A DNA stretch of 64,000 nt from a virus, in the IMG/VR virus record IMGVR_UViG_3300047335_000043; one strand, 5' to 3'. The translations under genes and the position numbers were made by a program. Below are positions 63,449 to 64,000 of the stretch, piece by piece. The notes below the pieces were generated by a model. That model was not told where the DNA came from. It saw nothing but the letters and a program-made list of their open reading frames with translations, and did not search any database. Each line of letters starts with the position of its first letter. Positions within the stretch are counted from its first letter, which is position 1.

Positions 63449-64000
63449 TCACGCATCGATCGTGGCCTTCGCGACGTAGGACGCAGGAAATGGCGCGCGA
63501 CCATCGGCCGAGTTCGCCATCTCGCGGTAGCGCTCCAGGCACTCATCCGTGATCGGGCCGCCGATGATCTTCAGGCGCGCGACCCAACGCCGCAGGAACT
63601 CGCGCGGCGTGGCGAGAGGCTCGCCTTCGAGGATATAGGCGCTGAACTCATCGGCCAGCTCGTCGCGGGCTTTGAGGCAGGCATTGAGTTCCGCAGACGG
63701 TTTACCGGGCGTCGAGCCCAAGCCCTGCCGCGTCATCAAGTGCATGAGGAGCAGCCGATTGGCAAAAAGCGGCAGCGAGTCGGCCGGCGCGCTCGGCGCT
63801 GCGACTGCGTGGCGCGCTCCAGGGGCTCGCAGGCGATTGCGCATCTGCCAGAGCCCGGCGATGGTCGGCATCCGTTGGCTCGCCCCTTCCGTGAAGGCCT
63901 GATCGACCATGCGCGAAAACTCAAGTAGCGAGAGTTTGTTGAACGCGATCCAGTACGCATCGAGCGTGGGCTGTTTCGCCGGCACGTTGTAGCCCGCACA
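63449..64000 (-). CDS. Replication / helicase-loader-like protein, 5' truncated by the window
   Basis: TLDAYWIAF..LSL.EF..MV...MPTIAGL; frame stays open to the window end. Confidence 0.55.
   Translation of the reverse strand, partial: CAGYNVPAKQPTLDAYWIAFNKLSLLEFSRMVDQAFTEGASQRMPTIAGLWQMRNRLRAPGARHAVAAPSAPADSLPLFANRLLLMHLMTRQGLGSTPGKPSAELNACLKARDELADEFSAYILEGEPLATPREFLRRWVARLKIIGGPITDECLERYREMANSADGRAPFPASYVAKATIDA

Overview
This 64 kb window lies inside one GC-rich temperate tailed-phage genome and both ends fall mid-gene. It contains an intact attP next to a P4-type tyrosine integrase, so it is the excised or virion form rather than an integrated prophage. Left to right: small plus-strand genes and alpA; int and attP (3' end of a probable tRNA-Leu); a plus-strand run of about 25 coupled micro-ORFs led by a LexA DNA-binding-domain-only gene and containing a tRNA-His. 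A long minus-strand arm follows: csrA and a triple-HTH gene, a lysis cassette, podovirus-like tail and ejection genes (no tape measure seen), a glycosyltransferase, collagen-like fibres, a 1463-aa double glycoside hydrolase, head genes, portal, terminase, a PEP-CTERM-like moron, a 1.1 kb non-coding gap, short accessory genes with radC, and replication genes. The host is probably a proteobacterium (CsrA, E. coli-type LexA helix, spanins). The strongest candidate for an undescribed system is a 1049-aa virion-module protein. Its short terminal carrier-like segments enclose a GP88-like Cys domain and a RelA/SpoT-like domain, each bounded by a Gly-Gly motif that recurs about 27 times in five virion-module proteins. 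This suggests protease-released effector cargo. Family assignments come from motif recognition and recall only; no searches were run.
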